64,000 nucleotides of DNA from Marsupella aquatica. Lineage: Eukaryota > Plantae > Marchantiophyta. Shown here in pieces: positions 26,041-41,000 of this stretch. Under the pieces are notes generated by a model. It worked only from the letters and a program-made list of their open reading frames with translations. It did no database searches and was not told the DNA's origin. Position 1 is the first letter of the stretch; every line of letters begins with the position of its first letter. The position numbers and the translations under genes were made by a program. Where the stretch lies: positions 14,817,375 through 14,881,374 of the forward strand of contig OZ316897.1 of NCBI GenBank assembly GCA_973895155.1, written 5' to 3'.

Positions 26041-29000
26041 AAACATATCCCTTCACAAGGTGACAGTGGCAACCTTGGCAAAGAAAAGACCTTAAAACTA
26101 CTCTCACCAGTGACCAGGGGCAGTATTGTTCCTTCTGTTACCCAGTTTTCCACTAGGCACCATCCCAATAGCCTGAATCTGATGGTTATTCCTAACTCTA
26201 CTGAGATCTAACCGTCATGAAATTGACCTAAGAAAACCATAAGAAATAATCCTTGCTTGTCCTTCGAAAGACAAGTTCACTCTTTAGGCATTTACCGGTT
26301 TGCGTGCTGACCGCTTCTACAGTAAGTGTCTGGGTAGATGTGCCGCCCAGAGGCCAAATTCGAGGAACAACCTCTATTAAACTATACTCAACAACTGAAG
26401 TGAATCTTTAAGTCCTTCGATTCCTATCATTACCAAGTGATGTCACTTCTGCGTCATGGTGATGTCTGCTGTCCTGCATGAGCGCTAATCAAGACATCCG
26501 TGCAAGAGCAGCATTTATTTGTTCCTAAAATGAACAAAACTGAGAAATGATTACCGCATGGCTATAATTGGCCTTTGTTTCTTGGTCCATTGTCTTCTCT
26601 TCTACGCTAGTGGAGTAGTGGAGCAACTTGTGTATAGCTGTATCATTGCGGCCGCCGTAGCAAGAAGGTTGAGCTTGAACCGAAATAACTCATTCTCGAG
26701 ACTCGCTGGATTTCATCAATTTGCCCCAATTCTCATAACTATGTAACGGTGGGCCCTTCTTTCCTTTACACCAAATTCGCCATTGAAGTTCACAGTTCCG
26801 AAGTTGATGCTAGTCAACTCCTGAACTCTCGGCTTACGACATTCTTTCCTTTTTCTTCAATTTTTGATTTACACCAAATTCACCAGTAAAGCATCTCAAA
26901 GTCCATTGTTGTTAACTCGAGAGACCTGGTTATAGACATCATCCTCATGGAACTTTGAAATAAGACTTCGTTAATTTTTTGTTCGTTGGATATATATATA
27001 TATATATGCAAATGCCATGGGTACAAGGAAGCTTCACAGGCTGGGCCAGAAATCAATAAAATGTTCACTAAATAGTTAGTGTCCAATAATAGGACCAAAA
27101 CTTCTTCACTTGATGCTCCATTGAGATGCCCTAGTAATCTGATTGCTGCTTGTTGAAGTTGTGATCTCACTGCATGCATTCATAATAGATATCTTTATCT
27201 TCCAAAGCTTTCAAATTATCGTTCTACTTGTCCAATCAGCACTTGCTATCATCCATATACACTGATTTATGTGTAATAGCCTAACTACTTGTGTCTCTGC
27301 ACATGAAGGAGGCATACTCAGATTGCTCATGCTCTCCCTACTCAAAAGCATGGTTTAAATATATAAAATATTGTTACCAGAGAAATTATTGCGTGTGACC
27401 TTGGGGGTTTCATTTCCATAGAATCTGCAGATCACTGAGGACAAAGAATATATGGTACTTTCATTGATTTTAAGAAAAGACTTAGAAGCTTTTATGGAAA
27501 AATTTAGGGTCTTTTAAATCCAATTTGAAGTCTTGTAAGAACAATATGGTACTTTTAATCAAATTTTCGGAATATTCCATGAACATTTCAACTTGATAGT
27601 GTTTTTTTAATATATTTTTTCTTACATTTGAGGGGATGGAGGACTTAAAAATGCCACAAGTGATGGTGGGCCTCTATGTAGTGAGACCCCCAAGCCTATG
27701 ACTTCACTCTTTGAAGTAGGGCATCAACGGCAACTTGGATTACAAACCCGTTCATTGCAAACTATATCATATATATTGTTGACGCTTGTTGACATCCATC
27801 TGCACTGTGCTGTGCCTAGTAAGCTCAGAGTTCATACTCTTGGCTCTACGTTTAAACTTCCCAAGTCCAACATCTGCATCATCTGCCCTTATATGTTCAG
27901 CTCATGGATTGTCAGGTGCATTTGCTCAGCCAAGTGTTAAGGATTGCTCTTAGTCTTGTGACTCAAAGGTTACGGCAATTAGGTTAACCTCAGTTAGGGA
28001 CTTAGCTGAGGTTAGGTTAGTCGTGTGTGACCTTGCATATACCAGGGCTAGTGTAAGCCGCTGGTATGTGGTGCTTGCTCATTGTAACGGAGCAACTTGA
28101 GGAAGAGAGAGAGCTTGTGTGTTTGACTACTCTGAAGTAAAGTTGGAGTGTTCATTTGGACGTAGTCTTGGAGAAAAGGTGAACCACGTATGAATTGTGT
28201 TGAATATGTGTGCATGTGATGAGTCACTATCGTATCGTCATGAAGGAAGACGTCATAATTCAACACCAAGAGCACTCATTCCATTGAGTGTCAGTCTAAG
28301 CTTCTGCAGCCCCATCATATGCAATAATTATAGGAGATTTAAGATGGTCTTAAGTAACAATTTACAAAAATTAGTAGAAAAACACTAAGGTCAATGTCTA
28401 CCTCACAATCCACAGAAATGGAAATATTGGGCTATTTAAGGTACGTGTTAGATGCAGTTCAAGCAAAACTGACCGATGTGCACATAGCCTGGACAGGTGC
28501 CTACAGTAACTTATGAGGGGAGAATTATCAATATATTTGCTTTCTAAGTAATTAAATTGTTGCAGTACTTTCACATAGAAAGACAGGCTATATCTAATAA
28601 ATAATCCAGTAGGTCTAGGGTTACAATTGTAACCATAGTTAGGGCTAATTGTAGTCACAGACTTGGTTAGGTTAGTTATGGTACACACTATATCCCAAGT
28701 TGTGTTTGCTTGGATAGGAGGAACTCGGGTTCATTGTTACGGAGCCTATTGAGAGATAGCAAGAACTTGTATTACGGAGACTCAGTATGGCCAACGGGCC
28801 TAGAGTACAGGAAAGCTCCCATGTGTTCTCGTGGACGTAGCCACAGCTGAAGTTATGTCCACATCTCTCTCTGTGTCGACTACTTGTGCGTTGCATGATC
28901 ATGTGCTTGCCATTGTGAATGTCATCTTTGCTCAACACAAAAGACATTTTACACTGCTTGGGAGAAGAAAGAGTGAGACTGCCGAATGATCTGGAACCAA

Positions 29001-30222
29001 AAATATAGCAATGTGATTCATATCCCAACAGTGTGTGCATTAGCCTTGCAAATTTGTCGTAGTATTCTTTTAGTACAATTTAATAAATCCTTTGAGTGCA
29101 AGATCTTGCTGCTTGAACCCCGATTCTTACTATGTGCTTATTCTGTTTTTAAAACTAGCAATGTGATCCCCAATGGGAGATTTTGGGTGGCTCAATGAAT
29201 CTCTCAATTGAAAGTCCACACCCCGAGGTACTCAGTTCTTTTTTTCTGACCCATAGAGGGGTTTTAATTGAATTGGGAAAAATACTTTGAATGTTCTGGT
29301 GAAGAACAATAGAGGTGTTTTAATCCAATTCTGCGAATAAGAATTACAGGGGTCCTAATACCAAATTATGGGATATTCCTAGAATATTCCATAAAGTTAG
29401 GGGTGGAAAACAGTTACAAACACTAATTTTCTTCTGTTTTAGGGTGTTTATTACTCACAAACTTTGCCTTTGATATGAGGCCTCCATCGAGTGAGGCCCC
29501 TGAGGTCCAAACTAACCCAACTTGGACCTCAGCAGTTTATGCCCAAGTTTATATACACAGTTTACTCCCGACTTTACTATCACCTGGTTCCAACACATTT
29601 GATATCTGCAACTTATTTACCATGAGGCAAATAGCTTGAGAGAAATACTTGATGGAGTTATCCCTAAATTGAAAGTGTTACTAGATGGGCCCATGAGGTT
29701 TTGGGTAGGTTGATTGATGGTTCATTAACAGTGTGGAAGACCATGGATTTCATCAAGTAACACTCTTCATTTTGGGGGTCCATAAGTATTTTTCTTCCAA
29801 ATACTACTGCATATCTATTAAGGCATCTCAAAACCAGTGTGGAGTAACCCCACATGGAAAAGTATGTTAGTCCATAAATCATTGACTGAGACAATAAAGT
29901 ACAGGAACTAAATTGTGACAAGGGCCCAACGAAGGCAACTGGCAAAGAGTAAGTTCAATCCCAGGGCAGCCACCCAGGTAACTGATACGTAGGTGGGAGA
30001 TGACGGGTTTTGGGTGCACCAAGGCCTTGCTCCCTACTCCTGGCTTCCAGCCATCTCATCCGAACAAATATACGGATGAACTGCAAAGACTTCTTTGGAT
30101 CAACACACTGGCAGCATAGACAGCTTTGGCATGGGCTGAAATAGGTGGCATGGGCTGAAATAGGTCCTACAGGCAAGTAAGGAATCACAAAACAAAGAAC
30201 GAGATACTTGCTTGACTTCCAT

Positions 30223-30350
30223 AATGAAAAGTGTTACTTGATGGGACCCTTGAGGTTTTGGGTACGTTCATTTAAGGTCTATCAACAATCCAAATCACTC
30301 AAGGGTCCCACAAGTGACACTTTTCATTTTGAGGGTCCATCAATCATATA
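30223..30350. mobile_element. Palindromic MITE-like repeat (other copies at about 23322-23455, 29672-29790 and 33565-33730)
   Basis: Arms 30223-30254 and 30298-30328 are reverse complements at 30/32 (AATGAAAAGTGTYACTTG(A)TGGGACCCTTGAG). The copies share the tail TTCATTTTG.GGGT(T)CCAT.AA. Confidence 0.65.
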
Positions 30351-33300
30351 CCTCAACAGAGACCGTGAGGGGAAACACACCCTACCTTGGGCTTTTTGTC
30401 CAGGGTCACTCTTTGTTGTTCCTCGACTTTTATTGGCTCCCCATATTTTGGGTCCATAGGCACTCCCAAGGAACCTAGCTCTTAGAAGCCCTGCAAATTT
30501 GGCCAACCGCAAATTTAAGAAGTTCCAATTAGCCCGAATATACATAGTGAATCTATTGTTTTCCCAACGTGATATCTACATTCCTACTAATGTGGAAAGA
30601 TAGGGCTACATTCAAAACCTGAATTTTATACAAAAAGGATGGCAAATCATTAAGAAAGCAGAGCACAATTGAGAAAAGGAAAAAGAAAAAGTGGCAAATG
30701 AAGGAGAAACAAAGAACCGCAACTTGCAGCTGTCAGAATTCAAATTTATTCGCCCCTGATAGAGGGGCACCCTGCTTGCACGATCCTTTGCAAAAGCTAC
30801 TGTACACAGGGGAGGAAGAAAAAAAAGGACTCCTACGCTCAGATAAAAGGTGGACACCTTCCTACAATCTAGACAGCCACGCAAGTTTCGAAAGGCATTG
30901 TTTTATGAAAGCCTGCAATACTAGAGGAAAAAGGGCAAACCATAAAAGATGACAACACGAATTTGGTATGAAAGGGGAAAAGCATAGCTGCAACAAAACT
31001 GACACCATTCTGTCAGAAGACAAAATAATTCGTCCTGGAATCCACCTTTTTCTTGTTTTTTCTGTTTTTATGGAAACCCAGGAATCAAACTTGTATGACC
31101 GAATGGTATTTTTAAAGGGGGTTGAAAAGCCCGGAATGAAACTTTCCTGACCGAATGAAACAGACGTAGAGCGGAAGAGGCCAAAACATCCCACAGGGGA
31201 CGAGGCCAAGACAATTGTTCTTTGGTTTGACATGGAAATCCAGATTAAAGAATATTGTTCTGGGAAGTGGCTTCAGTCTTAGGTCCTCCTGGACATATTC
31301 CCCTTTGTGACCATCTTCTGCCATTTTACCCCCGAGCTTTACCTGTGTACAATCAAGTTTGGCTGTAGTTCCTTTGCTTTGTATGGAACTGCCTGGCTCG
31401 TTCATCTTCCTGGGTTTCCTTGTTTTGTCACCTTTTCTGGGTCTCCTACCTTTGAGATCTTGTCTCACAATTTGGCACTATTCGCTCTTTGGCAGTGTCT
31501 TATATACCAGGAATATATACCACCTGGAACATAATAGCCACTGTGAATGCAAGTAAGATGAACATCAACTAACTGAAGAAAAGTAACACATTAAATTTAT
31601 GATGGATTGTAATCAGCATTTTTTTAGTGGCAAAATTTTGCCAAATTTCACCTCCCCAAAAAGCTTCAGTCACTTTTGGCACAAATTTGTTAGTATTTTT
31701 CTGTCTCATTAGCTAGTGTCCCACCTATCACAGGCCCCATTAGCTAGAATCTAACAGTCATCCTCAAATCTAGGGATATCTGATAGTCAGGAAAATTATC
31801 AGATAAGGAATATTTTGAGTATCTTCTCCTTCACACTGGACATTTGCCACTCTGGCAAAAAAGTATAAACCTTAAAAATTAGGCTCCTAGCAAAAAAGGA
31901 TCTGTAAGATCAATTAATCTGGACACCGAATTGAATTGAAGGAATTCCAGAAATGACTGTCGTCCATGTGGGAGGACACATGAACAATGATTATTTGGTT
32001 GTTCGTTGCAGAAGGTTGCGGGAGGGCCCAGGTGTGACTTAGACTGAGAGCAGCAGATTCAGATTACCCTGTTCTAAATCGAGCTCTCATTGAAAATGGT
32101 TGACCTCTCATAAAAGTCACTCAACTGAGGTGCGTAAAATGTCCATTATGATTGAGTAAAGAAAGACTTTCTTTTTGCCTTCAAGATCCAGTTTCATTGA
32201 CATAAGGAACAGCCTACAAGAGAGAAATACAAATGAGCAATGAAATCATTCTTAGTACTATAGCTCTTAAAAGGAAGGTATGCATCAAGTGTCCTCTTCT
32301 AACTTGGTGATTTGAATGTTTGCATGTTTTTGTCACTTAGACCATTAAGTGGAAGTCTGTCAACTTTGAATATCTACTAAGATTATCTTGTGAGGCCACT
32401 GACATAGTAAGACATTAGCCAAACGGCTAATGTATATGGGAGTAGAAGAGCTTTGTACTTCTTAATACCTGGAGAAAACAAAGCATAAAATCAAACCCCA
32501 CTCAAGCTTGGTTTCCCTTTTGAAGTTGAAGGCTAATATTGAGGCTTGCATTTACCATGCACTGAGCTCCCATGGTATACTTCACTTGTAGATCCCTCTT
32601 ATAGTTGTCACTTTCTATTTCTGTAGATAGTTATATCCCTTGCTAGCCTGGCCCAAGGGTTATGAGATTTTGGCACCAGTGGCTATTTTGTCTTGAGTAC
32701 GTGTTATCCAATGTAGGCACAATTTTCAGGTAAAAATTGAAACAAAATCACACCTGGGGGATTATTCATTAATCCACGGGCACTTGAAAGCAATGGCTAT
32801 CACCCCATCCTGCTCACCACCCTTGGTGTTTATATCCCAATTTGATCTAAATTGCTGCAATTCGTCAAAGCCAACAGACCAGTGATTGTCACTGCCTCCC
32901 ACCCGGTTAATTTGCTCGTCATCCCATTCCTTTTGTGCTTCCTGCATATGTTAATTTTGAATTTGACCTCCACTTCAAGTCCAACAATGGCATCTTCCGG
33001 CAATCTTCTTCCAATCCGGATCCAATTGTTGGGATGTCAATGTGATGTTTTTTGAAGTGCTCAAATGTTCCAACTTGCTGTGTCCACCAGCAGATAGTTT
33101 GCACATCCAGACTGTGACAAACAGTGTGGTGGATTGATGGCACTGTGAGGCCTGAGTTTTAAGAACTGTAAAGATCAAGTTGGGTGGGGATAGGACCAAG
33201 GCAATCCCCGCCGAAATGTCATGCTGGGCTCCCTATCCACCCCAAAAGTGGGCGCAAAATACCAAACCCCTTGGGGCTATGGGTCACTCTACACAATTTA

Positions 33301-34464
33301 CCCCACGCCAGAAGGATCAGGGGAGGGCATCCTAAAATTTCATAGCTACTGAAGGATGATGATTTTTGGCCTTAGACAAATGGCCATAGCTTTTTTCACA
33401 GGGTCAAATGTTAAAGGTTTTTTCTCTAGCCTCTTGTAATGACTTATGGTCATGACATATGACCAATCTTTATGGTAAAAATCTATGCATCATGACTTTT
33501 GTAGTCCATAGTTTTTTCTCTCTATAACCTTAACTACTAACTTAAGGTCCATCAAATTTTGAGGAAAGATTACTTGATGGACCCCTAAATTTAAAAGTGT
33601 TACTTGACCGATCCAATGTGGTACCACAAGGTTCTAGTTATGTTGATTGAAGGTCCATCAACGGTCTAGATCACTCATGGGGTCCATGAAATAAAAATAA
33701 TTCATTTTGGGGTTCCATCAAATAGGGTGTCTCAAATCTCTTATTTCTACCTCTGGTCGTCAGTGGTCAAAGGCAAATTCCCACATAAAAAGAGTGTCCG
33801 CGGCGCACTCCTGGTTGGTAATGGTAACAAGTTTTTTTTCTGAAATTGAGACGGGCTAGTATATCTCTGAATTTGGGGGTTTTTATTTTCTTGAATGGAG
33901 CACTTTACCCATCAGAAAAATGAAACCCAATAAAACAGTGAATAACCGGCCAGACCCACAAAAGAGTCAAGGACCCATAACCACTCTAAAAAGACCCAGA
34001 CACATCCAGCCAACAGGGCAAAGGACCCCCTAAATAGAGCACTGTGGTTACAACAAGTACTCGAGAGTGGAGTCGATCTGCATGGCCTCATATACTCCCT
34101 ACGGGAATGAAAATATGAAATAGAAAGCGCTGTTCAGGCTCTTACGGGAACGAAGGAGAAAGCGCCGCGATACAGTACCAGTAGTGTAGTAATAAGGAGT
34201 GATCGCATTTTCCAAACGGAAAAGCAGGATTACCGCCGGTGCAGTACCTCTTGCCGCCGGTGCCCGGTCATTCGCGTGGGCCCACTCGGGGTTGACCCGG
34301 TTGACATGTAGGTACGGCGCCGCCCGTGGACCGCTTTCTGTCTCCGTCCCGCATTATTTTGGATTTCGCGGCAGCCGCGTTTCCGGCCTGCCCGTGCCCC
34401 GTCCCCCGTGCCGCGCTCAGTAGTAGTAGTAGTAGTAGTAGTAGTGCAGTGAACTTGCCGGAGT

Positions 34465-35070
34465 GCCGGATATCAAAATACTTCTCGAGGGTCACACGAA
34501 GAGGACTAGAATAATCATTCGTTACTGTTTTAACTTTTCTGCCACAAGCTGCCGGATATAAAAATACTTCTCGAGATTCACACGAGGAGGACTAGCGTAA
34601 TCAATCGTTAAGGTATTTGTTTTTTCGTTTTTCGCCACAAGCTGCCGGATATAAAAATACTTTGTCTAGGGTCATACAAAGAGGACTAGTGTAATCAATA
34701 AGGTTTTCCAATTTTCGCCAAAAATAGCCGGATATAAAAATACATCTCGAGTGTCACGTGAAGAGTACTAGAATAATCAATCGTTATTGTTTTTACTTTT
34801 TTGCCACAATCTGCCGGATATAAAAATACATCTCGAAGGTGACACGAAGGGGACTAACGTAATCAATCGTTAAGGTGTTTGTTTTTCCTTTCTCGCCACA
34901 ATCTGCCGGATATAAAAATACAGTACTTGTCTAGGGTCACACAAAGAGGACTAGCTCAATCAACAAGGTTTTTCAATTTTCTCCAGGACTAGCCGGATAT
35001 GAAAATACATTTCGACGGTAAAAGGGAGAGTACCAGCTGAAGATCGTTAAGGTTTTTACTTTTCGCCACT
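34465..35070 (+). repeat. Tandem array of seven 83-93 bp monomers with a ~262-bp higher-order trimer, preceded by an (AGT)n microsatellite
   Basis: GCCGGATAT starts at 34465, 34551, 34644, 34727, 34813, 34905 and 34992. Spacings are 86, 93, 83, 86, 92 and 87. Confidence 0.95.
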
Positions 35071-38000
35071 GGGGACAATGTCACTTTCTCTAAAGGAGAT
35101 GATGCTAGGAATAGTTTTATCTGATTTTCCTACACTTTCAGTCAGTCGTCTCCCTAGATTTAAGGATGACTGTTAGATGCTGGAAAATGGAGTCTGTGGC
35201 TAGATGAGAACTGGCTAGTTTGGGAAAAAATCTAGCAAAAGTTGCCAAAACTTTTTGAAGCGGTGGAATCTGGCTTTAAAATAATACTTAAATTTGCAAG
35301 GTTTTTTCTTTCTGACCAGAATGCCACCTTGTATAAAGCAGAAGATCCTAGAAAATATATTTTTTATCTAGTTTTCTACCTGTAATTTCTGGCTACTAGA
35401 TCTCTCTATATTTAAGAATATCATTTGATTTTGACTAACAAGGTTTGTGGCAGGGTGGGAGACTGGCTAATATAGAGTGAAAAACCGATTGACACAGTAC
35501 CGTAATGGTCTCCAGTTCCAATTAAACCAACTGCAACCTTTCCATTAATTATATTGTCCAGATTTAGTTTTCATTTGGAGTGACTAGAAAGAAAACAAAG
35601 GGCCGTATGGTATATACTTTTTAAGGTTTTTTTACTTTTAGTCAGTGTGGCAAATGTTTTTTTCTCTAAGGGAAAATATTTTAGGAATATTTTTTATCAA
35701 AATTTACTGAAATAAATTGTGGCCATCAGATATCCCTAGATTTAAAGAGTACTGTTAAATTCTGGCTAATGGGATCTATGATTTGGTGAAAGAGTGGCTA
35801 ATGGTGTGAAAAAAAGCTAGCTAATATTAGCCAGAAATGACCAAATGTTTTCGGGGAGATGAATTTGGCTAAACTTTGCACTTAAAAAAACCTGTGGTAC
35901 GGCAGGTAATTCTTGAAAATCCAACCGGAGCCCTTCAACTTATTATACTATTCGGACTTAATCTCACAGTGAAATACAAAATGGACTCAACGTACTCTAA
36001 ACACACTCGAAGAAAGAACCAGAGGGAGAAAATCTTCCTTACGCGGTCATCTGCCAGCGACCAGTACAAAGGAGAAAAGTCATCAAATACCTACCTATGT
36101 AAGCAGAGTAATGGCTGCACCTGACTTTATGTTGATATTTATGTGTCAGGAACTCATGAGAAAAAGTACATCCCAAAGCAAGCCTCTAAATAATGGACCT
36201 TAGCGAATTTTGGATTAATCGATGCCCTTGTTCCATCTCAGAACCTTTTTTTCGTCCGAAACTACTGTGCTCGTTACCGTGAAGGAGGAAAATATAGACC
36301 CAAAAGAAGCCAGAATATATGGACCTTCAGGGTCTCAAAATTACCCAGATAAAGTCCAGAGAGTCATGGCTGTGTGGTAGCTTATTTGAGTTGACCATTG
36401 ATCTAAAATTCAAATGTTCTATTTTCATGAGGTTTCACAGATTTCACCTATTAACAAAATAAAATAAAATAATTATCCAGATAAACTCAGGCAACCTGCA
36501 TAGACCTCAAAACTTTGTCTCAGATGATACATATTACACCGGAGAGACACCAGAACAAAACAAAATAGACATCATTAGAAATTTGTAGCCTCAATTAGTA
36601 ATGAACGTTGGCGTTATTAGTTTGGTTGAAAAATGGAAAGCTTTTTCTAAGGCTCAATTAAGGAGCTGAAGAACACCCATCTTATTGAATGGAATATTCA
36701 GGTAGTCACTGAAGGGATGATTGTTTTAAGCAAACAGTTATGGAAACTGGAAGGGTGTCAGCTTTTTCAATACACATATAAATATACATTGCTAACAAAA
36801 ACAACAACAGTGCATATGCATAGTATTAGTAATATATTTTCAGAGGTGGCCTGCAATAAAGTTTCCGATTCTAAAAGAATGAAAAAGTTCAGTTTCTGTC
36901 GGGGCTTAGCTGTTTCTGTTATTACTTTTCATCACTAAAGGTGCCTGCACAACAAAACAAAAAAGTTTGGAAAAATATATGATATGAGTTGGATGTTTTT
37001 AAGAGATGTTACCGAATCAGAGTTCTCTAGAGTTTCTTTATTTCTCAATTGATGTGAATAACAATTTTGCTATGTGCTTATCACATCATGGATATTTTGA
37101 AGGATCTGGTAATCACACAAATGAGCATGAATACCCGAGCTTTGCTGGAAAATTGCTGGTGAGATCCACATTGCCAGTGCAAAAGCATAATGAGCCCCCA
37201 AGTCACCCCAAATCTGGTTGCACCCAGATCTTTCATATATACCATCTTCTGTTTTATGCCCCTTAATCATTTACCCCACTCATAGTTATGGCTTTGATAC
37301 TTATTGGTACGAATGACCATATTCCAATGTTTAGTAGATCTATGTGCTAGTTCCCACCCATTAGGTCAAGACCATTTAGGTCTCTAAAATTCCAGGCACT
37401 TGATCTCAGCACTGTAGGTGTTGCTCACAATAGGCTGGTAGACTAGGACAACCCTAAGCAGGCTCTCGTTGAAAATATATTGGGGTTCATGTTTTTGGTG
37501 ATTTTTCACACAGAGTTTAAACAGGTTGCAGCCAGGCATGAGGCAATGAACACTAAGATTTCCTCAAAGACAGCTCACCAATTTAACCTATCATGCTCAA
37601 TTGAGAAGGTCAGAGCAGTCCCGACCAATCTTTCTTGGGCCCAAGCACAACAGCAAGGGTTTGGTTGTTATATCAGCTCACAATTAGGGCAGGATCAGTG
37701 CAACCAAATAGATGGATGGTACAAAATACAATTTAAGATCTCTGTCTTCAGAAAATTTGTGACTACCGCCTGGACCAATGGGAACTCTCCCACATGGTCT
37801 CAAACAAAGATAGCTGGTCACTCTTTCTCCCTCTTTAAAAGTTGATTACTAACCAAATAAGTAGACAAATGGAATCTCACGTAGGCAACATATATCGATC
37901 TTGGGCATGTGATTGTCTTAATTACACTACATGGCAAAGCCTCTGGCTCAAATACAGAGTTATCAAGGAATCTAGTTATCTCTATCTAGCTAGTCTTGTT

Positions 38001-41000
38001 TAACGGAAATGCCACCAATTTCTTGGATATGTTTAACTTCACCACGATTGCTGAAGAAAAGTAGTGCCTACATTGGCATGAATTGTTGAAACCAACTATC
38101 ATACGCTCTTGTCATATGTAGTATATAAAATCTGGATATGAATGTTTTATGTTATTAAAACATGCTTTCCCAAAGAGGCATGGCTCTATGTGGAAACTCT
38201 CTTGAGTAGTGAGTCATAGGTCTTGGGTTCAAATGCAATGAGGGACTCTTCCCTTTCTGTGGGGTTTCACAGATATCCCCTTAAACTTCTAACAAAGAAG
38301 AAGCATGGTTGTCATCAGATTGCTTGTATTGCTAACCATGCACAAGTCATTGGTGAGAACTTAATTTCTTGTTTTAAGAGATTCAAACTTCAAACACACA
38401 CTTGTGAAGTGTTAGGATTATTTACAGTAGCTTCTAACTACATTGCCACTGAAATTGTTCTAATTTACAATATTGTCAATCCCACCTTGGTTACTTTATT
38501 GAACTTGTTATTATTAATATACAAAACTGTGAAATATTTGTAAATACAAAAACCATGCCAGGTTTATGAATATAAGTAACTTTAGTGGCAAAATAATTAA
38601 AAGTTGTTATTTACAAAGGCAATTGAGACTTTTCTCACCAACCCAAAACTGGAGGACCACTTTTGCTTCTAAAGATAACCCTGAACCAAATGTTCTGAAA
38701 GGAACTACAATAAATGCAAATCCCTTGAATGAAGGAGGGAAAGTTTACGGGAATGTTTCAAGAGCACCTTAGTTTGGAGGTAGTATAAGCTTTTAGACAA
38801 AACAAGCATTTCCCATGATTGAGTTTATTTGGGCCCACTACTTGCCATGTAGGATTGGTCATACTTATTCTAATCAACACAGAAATTCCTCTCCGATACC
38901 ATCAGATTGTTGTGTAGGGTACTTTCACTCCCACAGCTAGAGCAAGGTAACCATGGTCGCTGAGTGGCCATGGATTAACGAGCATGACCTCCAAGAGTAA
39001 TTTGCTCTATTTTTACCCAAAAATTATACCTGAAATTGGATAATCCTCCATACAGGCTAGCGAGGCAGTGAAAATCTCAAAATCCCCACGCCAGACTGGC
39101 ATGGGGTTATGGCTCAGAACCATAGAGAACATGAAACCTAAGTGGGCCCCAAGTTTATGTAAAGTCAAGAGCAACCATTCCACTCATTAGAAGGGCCGAT
39201 GTAAACTCAAAGTGAATATAACAAAGAGAATGGCCCCCTGTTGCCTTGTAAAGCCACCCTCACTGATGGTATACTCTTCTGGCCTAATCTAAATCTACCT
39301 GTGAACCCTAAATCTTGACGATGGGTTTGTCACAATAAACTACCAATTTTGGGTACCAACTACCAAGTGTTTGACAGAATCAATTATTTAGCAATTATGA
39401 CTTTATTAAAGCTACTGCTCAAAATGGCACTAAACTTTTGGACCTGATTGGCAAAATATTCTAGAGTGCTTGTGAAACCAATAAAGAACTTGATTTGCAA
39501 ATAATTGTATATTAAGTATCTTGATCCAAACGCTGACTTATCCATTGTTTTAAAACTAAGAAACTATTTTAGTATGTGCTTGTATGGCAGTTTGCATTAT
39601 TTCATGTTTTAGCCTTTAATAAGTATAGTACGTTTGCGTTTGCTTTTGGGTTCGGTTCGTTAGTTTTGGTTTGTGTTTGGCGATTTGGGTCAATATTATA
39701 GTTGACTACCCCAATCCATCTGTTTTGCACACACGGGCAATCCTAAGTGATGTTGAGTGGAGGTATTGTTCATAAGTGTTATTCACATAATGAAAATTTA
39801 TAAACAGGCCATTGGAAAGAAAGAGCAAAGAAAGAGCAGGATTGCATATGATAGTGGTTATAAGTTGCACTAGTTTGTTTAGACATGCAACCATTGCCCT
39901 GACCGGCCCTTGCTCATATTGGTTGGTAATCAATTGCATGATGTTGTAATATGTAGCGGCTACCAGGCTTTTTGGCCTGCTGCTCAGTAGCCCCTTTGTT
40001 CTTTGTAATACGTGTTGAAGAGAACTCATGGGCCTTTTGGCTCTTTGGCCTGCTTGGGGTTTTTTTTTTATATTAGGAAGGCCATGACATCTGGAGTTAC
40101 ATATTTTGCAATTGATAAGGTTATGAAAATCAAATTTTTTCCTTATTTTCAACATAGTGGTAGGTAACTTTTAAAAATACAATGGCAATGTCTGCACCAG
40201 ATTTCCCGTGTAAAAAATCCTAAAGGAGCTTATCAGTAGCCTGCCCATTGACTTGAAATAATCTGCTTTCTGGTTTTAAAAAGCAAAAAACGTCACTTAA
40301 GCTTATAAATGATTTTCAAGCAAAAGGTTTAGATGGACATCCTATGGGAACTTATCGCTCTACTGATAGACTTGGAATAAATCTGGTTTCCAACTAGAAA
40401 CTATATATTAATTATATGGATATACAGCACATTACTAATAATGAAAAATGCCCAGTTGGGATTTAGTATCCTATAGGCAGGAGGGAAGAATATGAGTGAA
40501 AACCCCGGGCAGATGAGAGAGCCATAAAGCCTAATAGTGTCCCACAAAGCCAAAGGAACTATTGCACTACTGACTATCAAACTGAAAAGCCTACTGTAGT
40601 TAAATTCTAGAGGAAACCACATAGGAGGGCCACAGAGAGTAACTATTTGTTTAGAGTCCCTCTTAAGGCCAATGCCCCCGGCCCTTCAAAAGTAATGAAT
40701 GGTGACCCTCCATAGTACTGAAGATTTGTCTCACCAAGAGAGATACAAAAAGAAGGAGCATAAGAAACAGCTAACCGGGAATTTGGCCACAAGGGTGGAT
40801 TATACCAGATTAGGGATGGCCTTCTTATCATGGATTATTGACCTCAATTTGTGGACTTTTGATCCACTACGAGGTCTTGTTTGGCTGACATGTGGTTTCA
40901 CTTAACTTTTTGGTATTCCACTTGTGATAGAATTAGTTTCTCCTCTTTAGTTTGCAGATGGTTAATGCTTATGAATTTTAGTCCCGGGCACAGCTGTTCA

